Positions 36,767-47,258 of a stretch of 63,878 bases of DNA are shown one piece after another. Numbering within the stretch: the first letter of the stretch is position 1; every line of letters starts with the position of its first letter. The position numbers and the translations under genes are program-made. Under the pieces are notes generated by a model. The model saw only the letters and a program-made list of their open reading frames with translations. It was not told where the DNA came from and searched no databases. The DNA is from Syntrophales bacterium (lineage in GTDB: Bacteria; Desulfobacterota; Syntrophia; Syntrophales; UBA2185). Location of the stretch: NCBI GenBank assembly GCA_049512055.1, contig JBEKXK010000006.1, positions 1 to 63,878 of the forward strand, written 5' to 3'.

Positions 36767-39700
36767 AGGCTACCTGTTTGAGGTCAGCTGGGAGGTATGC
36801 AATAAGGTAGGAGGAATATATACCGTTATTGCCAGCAAGATGCGGGAGGCCGTTCGCAACTATGGCGAAAGATACTTCCTTCTGGGACCTGACCTCAAGA
36901 CGAACCCTGATTTTGAAGAAACAGACGAGGACTGCTGGGTCAAGATCAGGGAAAGTACGGCCATCAAGGAAATCCCGTGCCGTTTTGGCAGGTGGAAAAT
37001 TCCCGGAGATCCGAAGGTCATCCTTGTTAATTTCGGAAAGAAATATGACAAAGACCAGTTGCTTTACAGACTCTGGGAGGATTACGGCATAGATTCCATA
37101 GCCGGCGGATGGGACTATGTGGAACCCTTGATGTTCAGTTATGCCTGCGGTGAAGTAATCGAAACGATCTATAACCTCATGGTCAGACCGCATAATAACA
37201 TGCTGGCCATCGCCCAGTTTCACGAATGGATGTGCGGCGCGGGCCTCCTATGTGTGAAAAAAAAGGTTCCCGAAATAGGCACCATATTTACGACACACGC
37301 AACGATTCTTGGAAGAACGCTCGCAGGTTCAGGGGTGGATATATATACAGACATGGACAACATATCGCCTCTGGCAGAAGCGAGCGCTCACAACATCAAA
37401 GCCAAATATTCGATGGAAGTGGCCTCTGCAAGGGAGGCGGACTGTTTCACAACAGTCAGTGAAATAACCGCTGCCGAGGCGAAGAATTTTCTTGGCAGAT
37501 ACCCGGATGTCATTACACCTAACGGTCTCGATGTGGACCACATTCCCGATCTTACTGCAAACAGAGCGCCGGCGTTGAAATCGAGGGGAAAGCTCCTGGC
37601 TGCAGCTTCACGGTTTTTGAGAAAAGATTTTCCTTCGCATGCGAAGATATTGATCATATCGGGACGCTACGAATTCCATAATAAAGGCATTGACATTTTT
37701 CTAAATGCCCTGGGCCGGCTCGAAAAGGATATGACCAAAGATGAAGAGGTTCTGGCCTGCCTTTTCGTACTCGGAGGACACATGGATCTGATTCCCACCC
37801 TGCAGTGCGAGCCCGGAAGAGCCGAACCGGGCAACCCTCCTGTTGCCACCCACAGGCTCCACTATGAGGCGTCCGATCCTATTTTGCAGACATGCAACAG
37901 ATTGGGACTTATGAATACGCCCCAAAACAGGATTCACGTCATCTTTGACCCGGCATATCTGAACGGTCACGACGGCCTGATCGACATGACTTATTATGAA
38001 GCCCTCTCGGGATGTGACCTTGGGGTATTCCCCTCATACTATGAACCGTGGGGATATACGCCCCTGGAGAGTGTTGCCCATTCCGTACCCACGATAACCA
38101 CCGATCAGGCCGGTTTCGGCCTATGGGTTCAGGAAAAGGCGGGTGAGAACAGCGGGGTTATCCTCTTGAAACGCAAGGGGCAGAAAATCGATCTGATTGA
38201 AGAAAATCTATACAATATCTTCAAGGGATTTCTATTCTGGAATGATCAGGAAATAGAAGAGAGGCGGAAGAGCGCCAGACATGTGGCCCTTCAGGCAAAC
38301 TGGAGAGACTTCTTCAAGTTTTACCTCCAGGCCTATGACGAAGCCATCTCCGCTGCCCATGAACGTGCGGAAAAGCTTGTCCTGATAGACTACAGGGTGG
38401 AAAGAAAATATGTCTTCGCCGGCAGCGTCTCTACGCAGCCGCATTTCCGTGCATTTACCGCCGTGGTAAATCTTCCCCACAAAATTGAGCGGCTGCGGGA
38501 ACTCGCCCACAATCTCTGGTGGACATGGCACCCCAAAGCCCGCAGCCTCTATATTTCCCTCGATCCCAAAGTATGGCAGCAAATGGGAAATAACCCTGTC
38601 AGGATGTTGGAGCATGTGTCGCGGGAAAAGTTATTGGAGGCGTCAGAAAATCCCAGCTATATGATAATGTATGCGCAGATCATGCAGCAGTTCGACGAGT
38701 ACATGAATGACAGGACTACCGACGAAAGGGTTCAGGTCTCTCAGGCAATCAAATGGTCTTCGCCGATTGCCTATTTCTCCGCCGAATACGGACTGCACGA
38801 ATGCATGCCAATTTATTCGGGGGGGTTGGGTACGCTCTCCGGTGATCATCTGAAAACCGCCAGCGATCTTAATATTCCGCTTGTGGGTATAGGCCTTCTT
38901 TATAAGAACGGCTATTTCAAACAGGTTATTGATAAGAACGGCATCCAGATAGAGGAATATCCGGAGAATGAATTCTCGATGATGCCCGTTCAAATTGTCA
39001 GGGACGACATGGGAAATGAAGTTCAGATTTCTCTCGAACTACCGGGAAGAACACTCTATGCGAATATCTGGGAGGTCAAGGCGGGCCGAGTATCGTTATA
39101 CCTGCTGAATGCGGATGTTCCGGGCAATACCGTACAGGACCGGAAAATAACGGAGCGGCTTTATCCGGCGGACCAGAGAATAAGGATTGAACAGGAGATC
39201 CTATTGGGCATGGGCGGCGTCAGGCTGATAAAGAAATTGGGCATCCGACCGCGTGTCTACCATCTAAACGAGGGTCATTCCGCATTTCTTATCTTCGAAC
39301 GCATCACCGGTCTGATGGCGGAGGAATCTCTTTCCCTGGATGAGGCCATTGAGGTAGTTTGCGGAAGCACGGCATTTACGACCCATACACCCGTTGAAGC
39401 AGGCATCGAACGGTTTCCCAGGGATTTGATGGAACATTATTTCTCCAGCTTCATCAAGAAAACTGGCATGTCCTGGGCCCAGTTTTGGGAGTTGGGACGG
39501 AAGGAAGGTGGAGAAGAGAGAACATTCTTCATGGCGATTTTTGCCCTGAAGATGGCCCATATGAGCAATGCCGTGAGCCATGTTCATGAAGAAGTGTCGA
39601 AGCGCATGTGGCGTGATGTATGGAAGGGTTTCAACATCTCGGACATCCCTATCACTCACATCACGAACGGCGTCCATGTGATGTCTTATATCGCACCGAG

Positions 39701-41006
39701 GATGCAATCCCTCTTTGATAAATACCTCGGAGGCTGGGAGAAGAACATGGGAAACGCGGAAATCTGGGAAAAGGTCAAAGACATTCCCGATTCGCTGCTG
39801 TGGGACACGAGATATGAGCTCAAGCAGAAGACGATCAATTTCTTGCGGGAGTATCTCTCCAAGCACTGGGTTAAATATGGTTATACGAAGACGTGGCGGG
39901 AGGAATTCTTTTCAAAAATCAATCCCGCTGCCCTGATGATCGGATTCGCAAGACGCTTTGCGCCTTACAAGCGCGCCGATATGCTCCTGTCCGACCTTGA
40001 TCGTCTGGACAGAATCCTGAATCATCCGACGCGTCCTGTTCATATAATCATGGCCGGGAAGGCGCATCCCAACGACGGCATGGGAAAAAGCCTCATCAAA
40101 AAGGTTATAGACGTCTGCAGGGACGAAAGATTCAGAGGCAAGATATTTTTCATCGAGGATTACGATATCAGCATTGCCCGGCGCCTTGTTCAGGGGGTCG
40201 ATGTGTGGCTGAATACGCCCCGGAGACCCTATGAGGCAAGCGGTACAAGCGGTCAGAAGGTCGTCGCCAACGGCGTTCTTAATATCAGCGTATCTGACGG
40301 GTGGTGGTGTGAAGGCTATGACGGAACCAATGGCTGGACCATAGGGCCTGTCTGTAAAGGTTTTATTGAAGAGCGGGCGAATGCCGATGAAGAGGACAGC
40401 CAGTCGCTTTATGCAATCCTCGAAAATTCGGTGATACCCGCATTTTACAGCCGGGAAATATCAGGACTGCCGGAGAAATGGATCAGCATGATCAAGAGAT
40501 CCCTGCAAACGCTTATGCCCAGATTCAACACGGAAAGGATGCTGCTGGATTACTACAACGATATGTATCTGCCCACTGCAGAAAGGGAACACGAACTTTA
40601 TACGGATGCGCACAAACTGGCCCGCGAGCTTGCGGACTGGAGGCGCAAAATTCCCATGCGGTTTTCCTCGCTCAGGCTCCTGGATGCGAGCATTGAAGGG
40701 ATCCACGGGGATACCGTGCTTGTCGATCAACCGCTGATCATCAGCGCCAGGGTCGATCCGGGGAAGGTGGAGCCGGAAGAAATATTGGTTGAGCTGATAA
40801 TAGGAAGAAGGGATGGGTATGAATATGCCGATTCTCCCGATTGTGTTCCTTTGAGCATAGCTAAGAAGGGGTCGGATGGAATACTCACATATTCTGCGGA
40901 ATACATCGTGAAAAACAATGGGCCCTATTTCTACGGTATCAGGGTGCTGCCGTACCATAAGAATCTTGCCGCCAAGCACGCAACCGGCCTTATCCTTTGG
41001 GCGTGA
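36750..41006 (+). CDS. Fusion of GT3 glycogen synthase and GT35 alpha-glucan phosphorylase
   Basis: N-half FEVSWEVCNKVGGIYTV, FHEW, TTHAT, GRYEFHNKG, YYEPWGYTPLE. C-half NLWW, YSGGLG, HLNEGH, FARRFAPYKR, EASGTSGQK. One uninterrupted 1418-aa ORF. Confidence 0.93.
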   Translation: MKRQNKGYLFEVSWEVCNKVGGIYTVIASKMREAVRNYGERYFLLGPDLKTNPDFEETDEDCWVKIRESTAIKEIPCRFGRWKIPGDPKVILVNFGKKYDKDQLLYRLWEDYGIDSIAGGWDYVEPLMFSYACGEVIETIYNLMVRPHNNMLAIAQFHEWMCGAGLLCVKKKVPEIGTIFTTHATILGRTLAGSGVDIYTDMDNISPLAEASAHNIKAKYSMEVASAREADCFTTVSEITAAEAKNFLGRYPDVITPNGLDVDHIPDLTANRAPALKSRGKLLAAASRFLRKDFPSHAKILIISGRYEFHNKGIDIFLNALGRLEKDMTKDEEVLACLFVLGGHMDLIPTLQCEPGRAEPGNPPVATHRLHYEASDPILQTCNRLGLMNTPQNRIHVIFDPAYLNGHDGLIDMTYYEALSGCDLGVFPSYYEPWGYTPLESVAHSVPTITTDQAGFGLWVQEKAGENSGVILLKRKGQKIDLIEENLYNIFKGFLFWNDQEIEERRKSARHVALQANWRDFFKFYLQAYDEAISAAHERAEKLVLIDYRVERKYVFAGSVSTQPHFRAFTAVVNLPHKIERLRELAHNLWWTWHPKARSLYISLDPKVWQQMGNNPVRMLEHVSREKLLEASENPSYMIMYAQIMQQFDEYMNDRTTDERVQVSQAIKWSSPIAYFSAEYGLHECMPIYSGGLGTLSGDHLKTASDLNIPLVGIGLLYKNGYFKQVIDKNGIQIEEYPENEFSMMPVQIVRDDMGNEVQISLELPGRTLYANIWEVKAGRVSLYLLNADVPGNTVQDRKITERLYPADQRIRIEQEILLGMGGVRLIKKLGIRPRVYHLNEGHSAFLIFERITGLMAEESLSLDEAIEVVCGSTAFTTHTPVEAGIERFPRDLMEHYFSSFIKKTGMSWAQFWELGRKEGGEERTFFMAIFALKMAHMSNAVSHVHEEVSKRMWRDVWKGFNISDIPITHITNGVHVMSYIAPRMQSLFDKYLGGWEKNMGNAEIWEKVKDIPDSLLWDTRYELKQKTINFLREYLSKHWVKYGYTKTWREEFFSKINPAALMIGFARRFAPYKRADMLLSDLDRLDRILNHPTRPVHIIMAGKAHPNDGMGKSLIKKVIDVCRDERFRGKIFFIEDYDISIARRLVQGVDVWLNTPRRPYEASGTSGQKVVANGVLNISVSDGWWCEGYDGTNGWTIGPVCKGFIEERANADEEDSQSLYAILENSVIPAFYSREISGLPEKWISMIKRSLQTLMPRFNTERMLLDYYNDMYLPTAEREHELYTDAHKLARELADWRRKIPMRFSSLRLLDASIEGIHGDTVLVDQPLIISARVDPGKVEPEEILVELIIGRRDGYEYADSPDCVPLSIAKKGSDGILTYSAEYIVKNNGPYFYGIRVLPYHKNLAAKHATGLILWA

Positions 41007-41037
41007 TTCGCGGCAGTGATATCAAGAATAGAGGAGA

Positions 41038-41262
41038 TTATTTTCTGTTGATGAACATCATGATGATCGTGAGGATGATGCTGATGATTATGCACGTGGC
41101 GAGTGGAAAATAGAAGGTGACATTCTTGCCTTTATAAAAGAAGTCACCGGGAAGTTTTCCGAGCCACGGTATCTTCCCTCCCAGAAGGAGCAGGAATCCC
41201 AAGCCTGCGATGACCAAACCGATAAGAATCAGAATCTTGCCGAAGCCGGAAAAGTCAAGCAT
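41038..41262 (-). CDS. DUF2905-like small membrane protein
   Basis: GKILILIG...LGKLPGDF...FYFPLATCII pattern. Start ATG 41262. Confidence 0.85.
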   Translation of the reverse strand: MLDFSGFGKILILIGLVIAGLGFLLLLGGKIPWLGKLPGDFFYKGKNVTFYFPLATCIIISIILTIIMMFINRK

Positions 41263-41295
41263 ATAAATTTCCCTTTTAGACGGACTTTTATAAAA

Positions 41296-41383
41296 GAGAT
41301 TGCCACGTCGCCCCCGTCCCTCGCAATGACAGCAAATCGATGTCGATGCATGATTTATCACTGCGAGCACGGGAGAAGCAATC
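41296..41383. repeat. REP-like inverted pair (GTCATTGCGAG..GCAATCTC family)
   Basis: GAGATTGCCACG...CTCGCAATGAC and the inverted ATCACTGCGAG...GAAGCAATC. Confidence 0.7.
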
Positions 41384-41414
41384 GCATTGCTGATCTCAAC
41401 TAATTATAACACAT

Positions 41415-42359
41415 TTATGACCAGTCAAACGGAGCTTTTTTTCTGAAATCCGGAACCAGCGCCTTGTTGTCAACATCCTGGGTGAAGATGGTTTCAAAGC
41501 CCATATCGAGGGCATGATTTATGACAAACTCATATTCCTCGCGTGTAATCCTTTTTCTCAAATGGGGATGATTCTTGACAGACGGCATGGGCGTGTACTG
41601 GGACATGATGCTCAGAGGTACGGAAACGGATATATGCTTTTTGATTAATCGGAGGACTTTCAGGCTGTTCGATATAAATCCGGGGATGATGAGATGGCGG
41701 ATGAGCATGCCCCGTTTTGCTGAACCCTCTTCCATTAAAATTTCATCTCCTACCTGACGCACCATTTCCTTGAGGGAAGGGATGGCATGCGCCGTGTAAT
41801 CCTTCACACCGGAAAGGACAAGAGCGTCATTCTCTGTGCCGTATTTAAAGTCCGGCAGGTAGATATCCACCATGCCTTCCAGGATTTTCAGAACTTCCGG
41901 GTTCTCATAACCACCGCAATTGTATACGAGGGGAAGACGCAAACCTCCTTGGCGGGCGATGAAAAGGGCCTCCATGACCTGCGGTATCTGGGGAGTGGGC
42001 GTAACGGGCTCGATGTTATGGCAGTTCTTTTTCTCAAGCGCCAGCATGATTGCGGAAAGTCCTTCGACGTCTGTCCGCTTGCCGGAAATATCGTGGCTTA
42101 ACTGATAGTTCTGGCAGTAGATGCACTTGAGATTGCAGGAAGAAAGGAAGATAGTTCCGGCGCCCCGTGTACCCGATATGGAGGGCTCCTCGCCATAATG
42201 GGGCAGGGCGTGGCTTACTGCGACGTCGTCTGCGAGACGGCAGAAGCCTAATTCACCTTTTGTCCTGTCGACAAGGCATTTTCTGGGACACAGTGTGCAG
42301 CTCTTCAGGATTCCCTTCAGCCGGTCAATACTTCGCCCCGGGATAGTTTCAGCGTCCAC
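41415..42359 (-). CDS. Radical SAM protein, PflX-like
   Basis: CTLCPRKC..R..GFC, HYGEEP, CNLKCIYCQN, DIYLPDFKY, IRHLIIP, MSQYTP. Confidence 0.9.
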   Translation of the reverse strand: MDAETIPGRSIDRLKGILKSCTLCPRKCLVDRTKGELGFCRLADDVAVSHALPHYGEEPSISGTRGAGTIFLSSCNLKCIYCQNYQLSHDISGKRTDVEGLSAIMLALEKKNCHNIEPVTPTPQIPQVMEALFIARQGGLRLPLVYNCGGYENPEVLKILEGMVDIYLPDFKYGTENDALVLSGVKDYTAHAIPSLKEMVRQVGDEILMEEGSAKRGMLIRHLIIPGFISNSLKVLRLIKKHISVSVPLSIMSQYTPMPSVKNHPHLRKRITREEYEFVINHALDMGFETIFTQDVDNKALVPDFRKKAPFDWS

Positions 42360-42372
42360 TTCCGATCATGCC

Positions 42373-43449
42373 TCACTGAATTTCTATCTTCTCCACAACG
42401 TTTCTGATTTTTCCGCTTTCTATAAGCTCCAGGAACTCTTCTCCCAGAAGCTGTGCACGATCCACCACACTCCACCAGTTCTTGATCCTGGCAGACGGGT
42501 CATCGATGTAGGTCGCGAAATCGTCCCGGTCAGGTATTTTCCCCCTGGGGAGCTGCGTGACAAAGCCGCTGGAGGGATGAATCATCAGGACATTGTCAAT
42601 ATCGTCCGCTCGCGGCAGACGGTAGGAAAGCTTCTTATCCAACCATCCCGGTATAATTCTTTCCTGATGGTTAAAGAACAGAACGATATCGTCATTTTTC
42701 GCGGCGTAGTTGTGGGTGAGATGATAATCGATCAGACCGCCATCCCTGTATACTCCCAAAGGCGCTCCATAGATGTTTCTGACTCCGGCAACAACCAGAG
42801 GAATGGCGCCCGAGGCCACCAGGGCATACTTGAAATTGATCTGGTTGAGCGGAATGTACCTTCCGCGGAAACCTGGCCTGAGGCAAAAGGGCGGCGGCTT
42901 CGGCCCGTTATAGAATACAACCCGCTCGGCAAAATAATGGATGTATGATCTCTTAATGGCATTGAGGAGAAAGCCTATACCGAGGCCGAACTGCTGTACC
43001 CACTTCGATTCAGAGGCCACAAGGTTCCTTGCACGGGCTGTAATAATCACAAAACGGTACTTCTTACTGGCCAGTGCAAAGGGCAGGGCGTCGTCCTCTA
43101 TATATGAATTTACAATGCCCAAGAGGGACGCCTGAACGGTGGCCGGCGTGTCGGCCCTCGTGTAACTTTTGCTAATGTAGGATTCCATGAGAGTGCGGTA
43201 ACTCTTTTCCGGCTCAGGTTGCAGCCAGGCGGCGAACCGCAACGCCCCTGCCGATGAACCGACGAGGTGCGTCGCCTTTGCACATCCGAGGAGGCCCTTC
43301 GTCAGGAGGGTCAGGTCGAAGCCGCTTGCAACCAGCCAACGGGGACCAGTGGCCGGGGCGAAATAGGTAGTAACGCGGTCTAAGTGAAAGCCGCCATCCT
43401 GGATGATTTCATAGGCCCGCTTGCCAGCTTTTATACAGATATTGTTCAT
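42373..43449 (-). CDS. Patatin-like phospholipase family protein
   Basis: GSSAG nucleophile elbow, ASGAIP, YRDGG. Confidence 0.8.
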   Translation of the reverse strand: MNNICIKAGKRAYEIIQDGGFHLDRVTTYFAPATGPRWLVASGFDLTLLTKGLLGCAKATHLVGSSAGALRFAAWLQPEPEKSYRTLMESYISKSYTRADTPATVQASLLGIVNSYIEDDALPFALASKKYRFVIITARARNLVASESKWVQQFGLGIGFLLNAIKRSYIHYFAERVVFYNGPKPPPFCLRPGFRGRYIPLNQINFKYALVASGAIPLVVAGVRNIYGAPLGVYRDGGLIDYHLTHNYAAKNDDIVLFFNHQERIIPGWLDKKLSYRLPRADDIDNVLMIHPSSGFVTQLPRGKIPDRDDFATYIDDPSARIKNWWSVVDRAQLLGEEFLELIESGKIRNVVEKIEIQ

Positions 43450-43546
43450 TGTTATCGACCGTTGGTGACTTCAAAATCTTGCAGCCTTGGGTAAGATTTC
43501 TTACAGATATGCTGAGAATCACCGGGGATTGCAACAACAAATGACC

Positions 43547-43575
43547 TTGACAGTATCCCGGCCGTTCGGTAGACT
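43547..43575 (+). promoter_or_regulatory. Sigma-70 promoter for the proA operon
   Basis: TTGACA-17 bp-TAGACT. Confidence 0.7.
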
Positions 43576-43709
43576 AACGCATCTGAGAGGGATTTACCCG
43601 CTTGCTCAATTTGATGGCGGTTAATACATAAACTCTGGCTGTTTTGTCAACGTCTATTGTTGGTTTCATCCCCAAAAAATATGTGCCGATGGTCAGGGAA
43701 GTTATTTGT

Positions 43710-44966
43710 ATGGATATCAAAGCCCGTGTGGCAGAAATAGCAAAAAATGCAAAAAAAGCGGCTACCTCGCTCGCCCGCTTGCCGTCGGACGTAAAAGACA
43801 GGGCTCTCCTCGACATGGCCGAGGCGCTTACCAGGCAAACCGGCCTTCTCATGAAGGAAAATGCCAAGGATCTCGAAAAAGCCGCACAGATGGGCCTTTC
43901 CGCCGCCATGATTGACAGGCTCGTGTTGAACGAAGCTACGATCGAGGGCATTGCAAAAGGCCTGACAGAAGTGGCCTGTCTTCCGGACCCGATAGGAAGA
44001 ATAACATCCATGTGGCGGAGACCGAATGGTCTTCTCGTCGGTCGCATGAGAATTCCTCTGGGTGTAATCGGCATCATCTATGAGTCCCGCCCTAACGTGA
44101 CCGCAGACGCAGCCGCCCTCTGTCTGAAATCAGGCAATGCCGTCATCCTACGCGGAGGGTCTGAGGCGATAAACTCGAATATCGCCATTGCCAAGATACT
44201 GCAGCGCGTCTTGAAGAATCAAGCCATTCCCGAAAAGGCGATTCAGGTCATTCCCATGACCGAGAGGGAAGCGGTCCGCGAGATGCTGCAGCTTGAAGAA
44301 TATATAGACGTGATCATCCCGAGAGGGGGCGAAGAACTGATCAGGGCTGTTGTCAATGAATCGAAGATTCCCGTCATCAAACATTACAAAGGGGTCTGCC
44401 ACATATTTGTGGATGCCGGCGCTGACTTTGAGATGGCCGTAGATATTTGCATGAATGCAAAGACCCAGCGTCCGGGTGTTTGCAATGCCATGGAGACCCT
44501 ACTTGTCCACCAGGATATTGCAGGGGAATTTCTGCCGCTTGTTGCCCGCCATCTCAAGGAGGCGGGAGTTATCCTCCGGGGCTGTGACAGGACAAGGCGA
44601 ATCGTGAAGGATGTCGAAGAGGCAAAAGAGGAAGATTGGTATCAGGAATATCTCGATCTCGTTTTGTCCGTGCGCGTCGTCGACGATCTTGATGAGGCTG
44701 TGGCCCACATTGAAAAATACGGTTCTCTGCACACCGAATCAATCATCACGAACAATTACCAAAACGCGCAGCGCTTCTTAAATGAAGTCAACTCGTCCAC
44801 TGTCCTCGTCAATGCGTCCACCCGCTTCAGCGACGGGTTTGAGCTGGGCCTCGGCGCAGAAATAGGAATCAGCACGACAAAACTTCATGCCTTCGGTCCC
44901 ATGGGGCTGGAAGAGCTGACAACAACAAAATTTATTATCTACGGGAATGGACAGGTGAGAACATGA
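43710..44966 (+). CDS. proA: Gamma-glutamyl phosphate reductase
   Basis: [51 protein letters not shown]. Confidence 0.97.
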   Translation: MDIKARVAEIAKNAKKAATSLARLPSDVKDRALLDMAEALTRQTGLLMKENAKDLEKAAQMGLSAAMIDRLVLNEATIEGIAKGLTEVACLPDPIGRITSMWRRPNGLLVGRMRIPLGVIGIIYESRPNVTADAAALCLKSGNAVILRGGSEAINSNIAIAKILQRVLKNQAIPEKAIQVIPMTEREAVREMLQLEEYIDVIIPRGGEELIRAVVNESKIPVIKHYKGVCHIFVDAGADFEMAVDICMNAKTQRPGVCNAMETLLVHQDIAGEFLPLVARHLKEAGVILRGCDRTRRIVKDVEEAKEEDWYQEYLDLVLSVRVVDDLDEAVAHIEKYGSLHTESIITNNYQNAQRFLNEVNSSTVLVNASTRFSDGFELGLGAEIGISTTKLHAFGPMGLEELTTTKFIIYGNGQVRT

Positions 44967-45616
44967 AATGGGGATTATTGGGAGGCACATTCGATCCGAT
45001 ACACAATGGCCATCTCCGATGCGCCGAGGAAGTGCTCGAAATTTTTGATCTGAACAGGATCATCTTTGTTCCCGCCGCAAGGCCGCCGCATAAGATAGAC
45101 GGCGATATCACATCATTTCATCACCGGGAGCAGATGATCAAGCTGGCTATTGAAGGGAATCCGGTATTCACATTTTCCGACGTGGAGAAGCAGCGTGAAG
45201 AGAAGTCTTACTCGGTGGAGACCGTTGATTACATCCTCAAGAAATACATGACAGACCTGCAATTGTATTTCATCCTGGGGCAGGACGCCTTTCATGCCAT
45301 CCACAGTTGGAAAGACTGGCAGAGGCTGCTGCTCTTATGTAATTTTGTCGTTATGACAAGGCCCGGTTACGAAGACAGGGGGCTGGATGGCATCCTTCCC
45401 GCCGATTTCGCTTCCCAATTCAAGTACGATGACAGTGTGAAGGGTCTCAGGGGGCCTACAGGGCACGTCATTTATTTCAGGGGTGTCACCTTCCTGGATA
45501 TCTCATCCAGCGATATCAGGCAAAGGGCAAGAGAGGGCAGGTCCATCAAATACCTCGTTCCTGAGACGGTCCGGCATTACATTATGAAAAACTCTTTGTA
45601 CAGTAACTCAAAATAG
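44963..45616 (+). CDS. nadD: Nicotinate-nucleotide adenylyltransferase
   Basis: [34 protein letters not shown]. Confidence 0.96.
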   Translation: MKWGLLGGTFDPIHNGHLRCAEEVLEIFDLNRIIFVPAARPPHKIDGDITSFHHREQMIKLAIEGNPVFTFSDVEKQREEKSYSVETVDYILKKYMTDLQLYFILGQDAFHAIHSWKDWQRLLLLCNFVVMTRPGYEDRGLDGILPADFASQFKYDDSVKGLRGPTGHVIYFRGVTFLDISSSDIRQRAREGRSIKYLVPETVRHYIMKNSLYSNSK

Positions 45617-45660
45617 CAGGTACCCATACGTCTAATCCTAAGCATACCGTCAATCGGTCA

Positions 45661-46443
45661 GTGTCCGTACGAACCGGGAGGATATTCCTCGCACTGGGTA
45701 TTATCGCACTTCTATTTGGGGCCGCCGCATCAGGGGCCGCAGACAATTTTCCTAAACCGGCAGGCGCTGTCAATGATTTTGCCCGCGTGATCCCGCCGGA
45801 ATATAAGAACCGCATGGAGAGTCTCTCTCGAGAAGTGCTCGAAAAAACAGGGACTGCCATTGTTGTTGTCACTGTGGAAAGCATCGGGGATAATGAACTG
45901 AACGATTATGTCAACAGCTTGTACAAGGCTTGGGGCATAGGCAAGAAAGGCGAAGACAAGGGCGTTTTGATTTTCCTCACCTTGAAGGAGCGGAAATTCA
46001 GGATTGAAACCGGATACGGCGTGGAAGGCATCCTCCCCGACGGGCTCGTCGGTGAGATTCGTGACAAGTATGCGCTTCCGTATTTCAGGAAGGGCGACTT
46101 CGGGCAGGGACTTTCCAATACGGTTACCGCCGTGGCTTCTGTTGTGGCAAAGGCAGCCAATGTATCTATCACGGGCGGTGCGCCCGTCGCGCAGCCTGCA
46201 GAGAGGAAAGTCGAAAAGAGGGGCGGCATATTACCCCTCATCATCATTGTTCTGATACTGGCTGCACTCCTGGGAACGAGGCAAGGAAGGGACCTGCTCC
46301 CCTGGCTGCTGCTCTTTGCATTCACCGGTAGAGGCGGAGGCTATGGCGGCGGCGGTGGAGGCTTTGGGAGTTTTGGCGGCGGCGGCTTCGGCGGTTTCGG
46401 CGGCGGTGGAAGCGGGGGCGGCGGAGCGGGCGGCGACTTCTGA
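45661..46443 (+). CDS. TPM-domain membrane protein (YgcG-like) with Gly-rich tail
   Basis: VNDFA, WGIGKKGEDKGVL, RIETGYGVEG.LPD, one TM, GFGGGGSGGGGAGGDF end. Confidence 0.92.
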   Translation: MSVRTGRIFLALGIIALLFGAAASGAADNFPKPAGAVNDFARVIPPEYKNRMESLSREVLEKTGTAIVVVTVESIGDNELNDYVNSLYKAWGIGKKGEDKGVLIFLTLKERKFRIETGYGVEGILPDGLVGEIRDKYALPYFRKGDFGQGLSNTVTAVASVVAKAANVSITGGAPVAQPAERKVEKRGGILPLIIIVLILAALLGTRQGRDLLPWLLLFAFTGRGGGYGGGGGGFGSFGGGGFGGFGGGGSGGGGAGGDF

Positions 46444-46458
46444 CGAGAGGTGATCGAC

Positions 46459-47190
46459 ATGGCAAAGGTACCGAAAAATCCTGGGGAGATTTTTGAAGAG
46501 TTCACGGACGACTTCAAGAAGGCCTTCGGCAGTGATCTCATTTCCATAATTCTCTATGGAAGTGGGGCGAGCGGCCATTATGTCCCCGGAAAATCTGATC
46601 TCAATTTTCTCATAGTACTCTCCGAGGGAGGGATCGATAATCTGGATAGGGCCTTCAGCACTGTTGCCCGGTGGCGGAAGCGTAAGGCGGCAATTCCCCT
46701 TTTCATGACGAAGGCGGAAATATTGTCTTCCCGTGATACATATCCCATTGAGTTCCTCTCTATGAAGAAACATTATGTCCTTGTAAGCGGCGAGGATGTC
46801 CTCGGGGGGCTCTGCTTCGATCCATCCCATCTCCGCTTGCAGTCTGAGAGAGAATTCAAGGGGAAGTTGGTTCATTTGAGGAGGAGCTTCCTGGAATCAG
46901 AAGGACGCACACGGCAGATTCGCGAGCTGATCAAGGCCTCCTTCACGGCATTTATCTCCATATTCAGAGCCCTCCTGTACATCAAGGGTATTGACATACC
47001 CCAGGCGCGAAGGGATATAATCAATGCTGTCGCCAGGGAATATTCCGTCGATCCTGCTATTTTTCTGAAGTGCGCGGATATCAAGGAAGACATTGACCGG
47101 AGTGCCGATTCTGAGATTCAGGTTGTTTTTAAAGATTACGTAAAAGAGATCGAAAAACTATCCGCCATCGTTGACGGCACGAGTGTATAA
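46459..47190 (+). CDS. Minimal nucleotidyltransferase-fold protein with a helical C-domain
   Basis: IILYGSGASG...SDLNFLIV is the pol-beta NTase hG[GS]..DxD motif, with Asn at the second Asp position. Confidence 0.8.
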   Translation: MAKVPKNPGEIFEEFTDDFKKAFGSDLISIILYGSGASGHYVPGKSDLNFLIVLSEGGIDNLDRAFSTVARWRKRKAAIPLFMTKAEILSSRDTYPIEFLSMKKHYVLVSGEDVLGGLCFDPSHLRLQSEREFKGKLVHLRRSFLESEGRTRQIRELIKASFTAFISIFRALLYIKGIDIPQARRDIINAVAREYSVDPAIFLKCADIKEDIDRSADSEIQVVFKDYVKEIEKLSAIVDGTSV

Positions 47191-47258
47191 AAACACTCTA
47201 ACTGCAGGGCATAGTGAATGCGATTCTTAAGAAATTGCACAATATCGGGAGGTGCGAC

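Noticed and set aside
46327-46440. GGC-rich tandem repeat as a contingency locus
   Set aside because: It encodes the normal Gly-rich tail of TPM/YgcG proteins.
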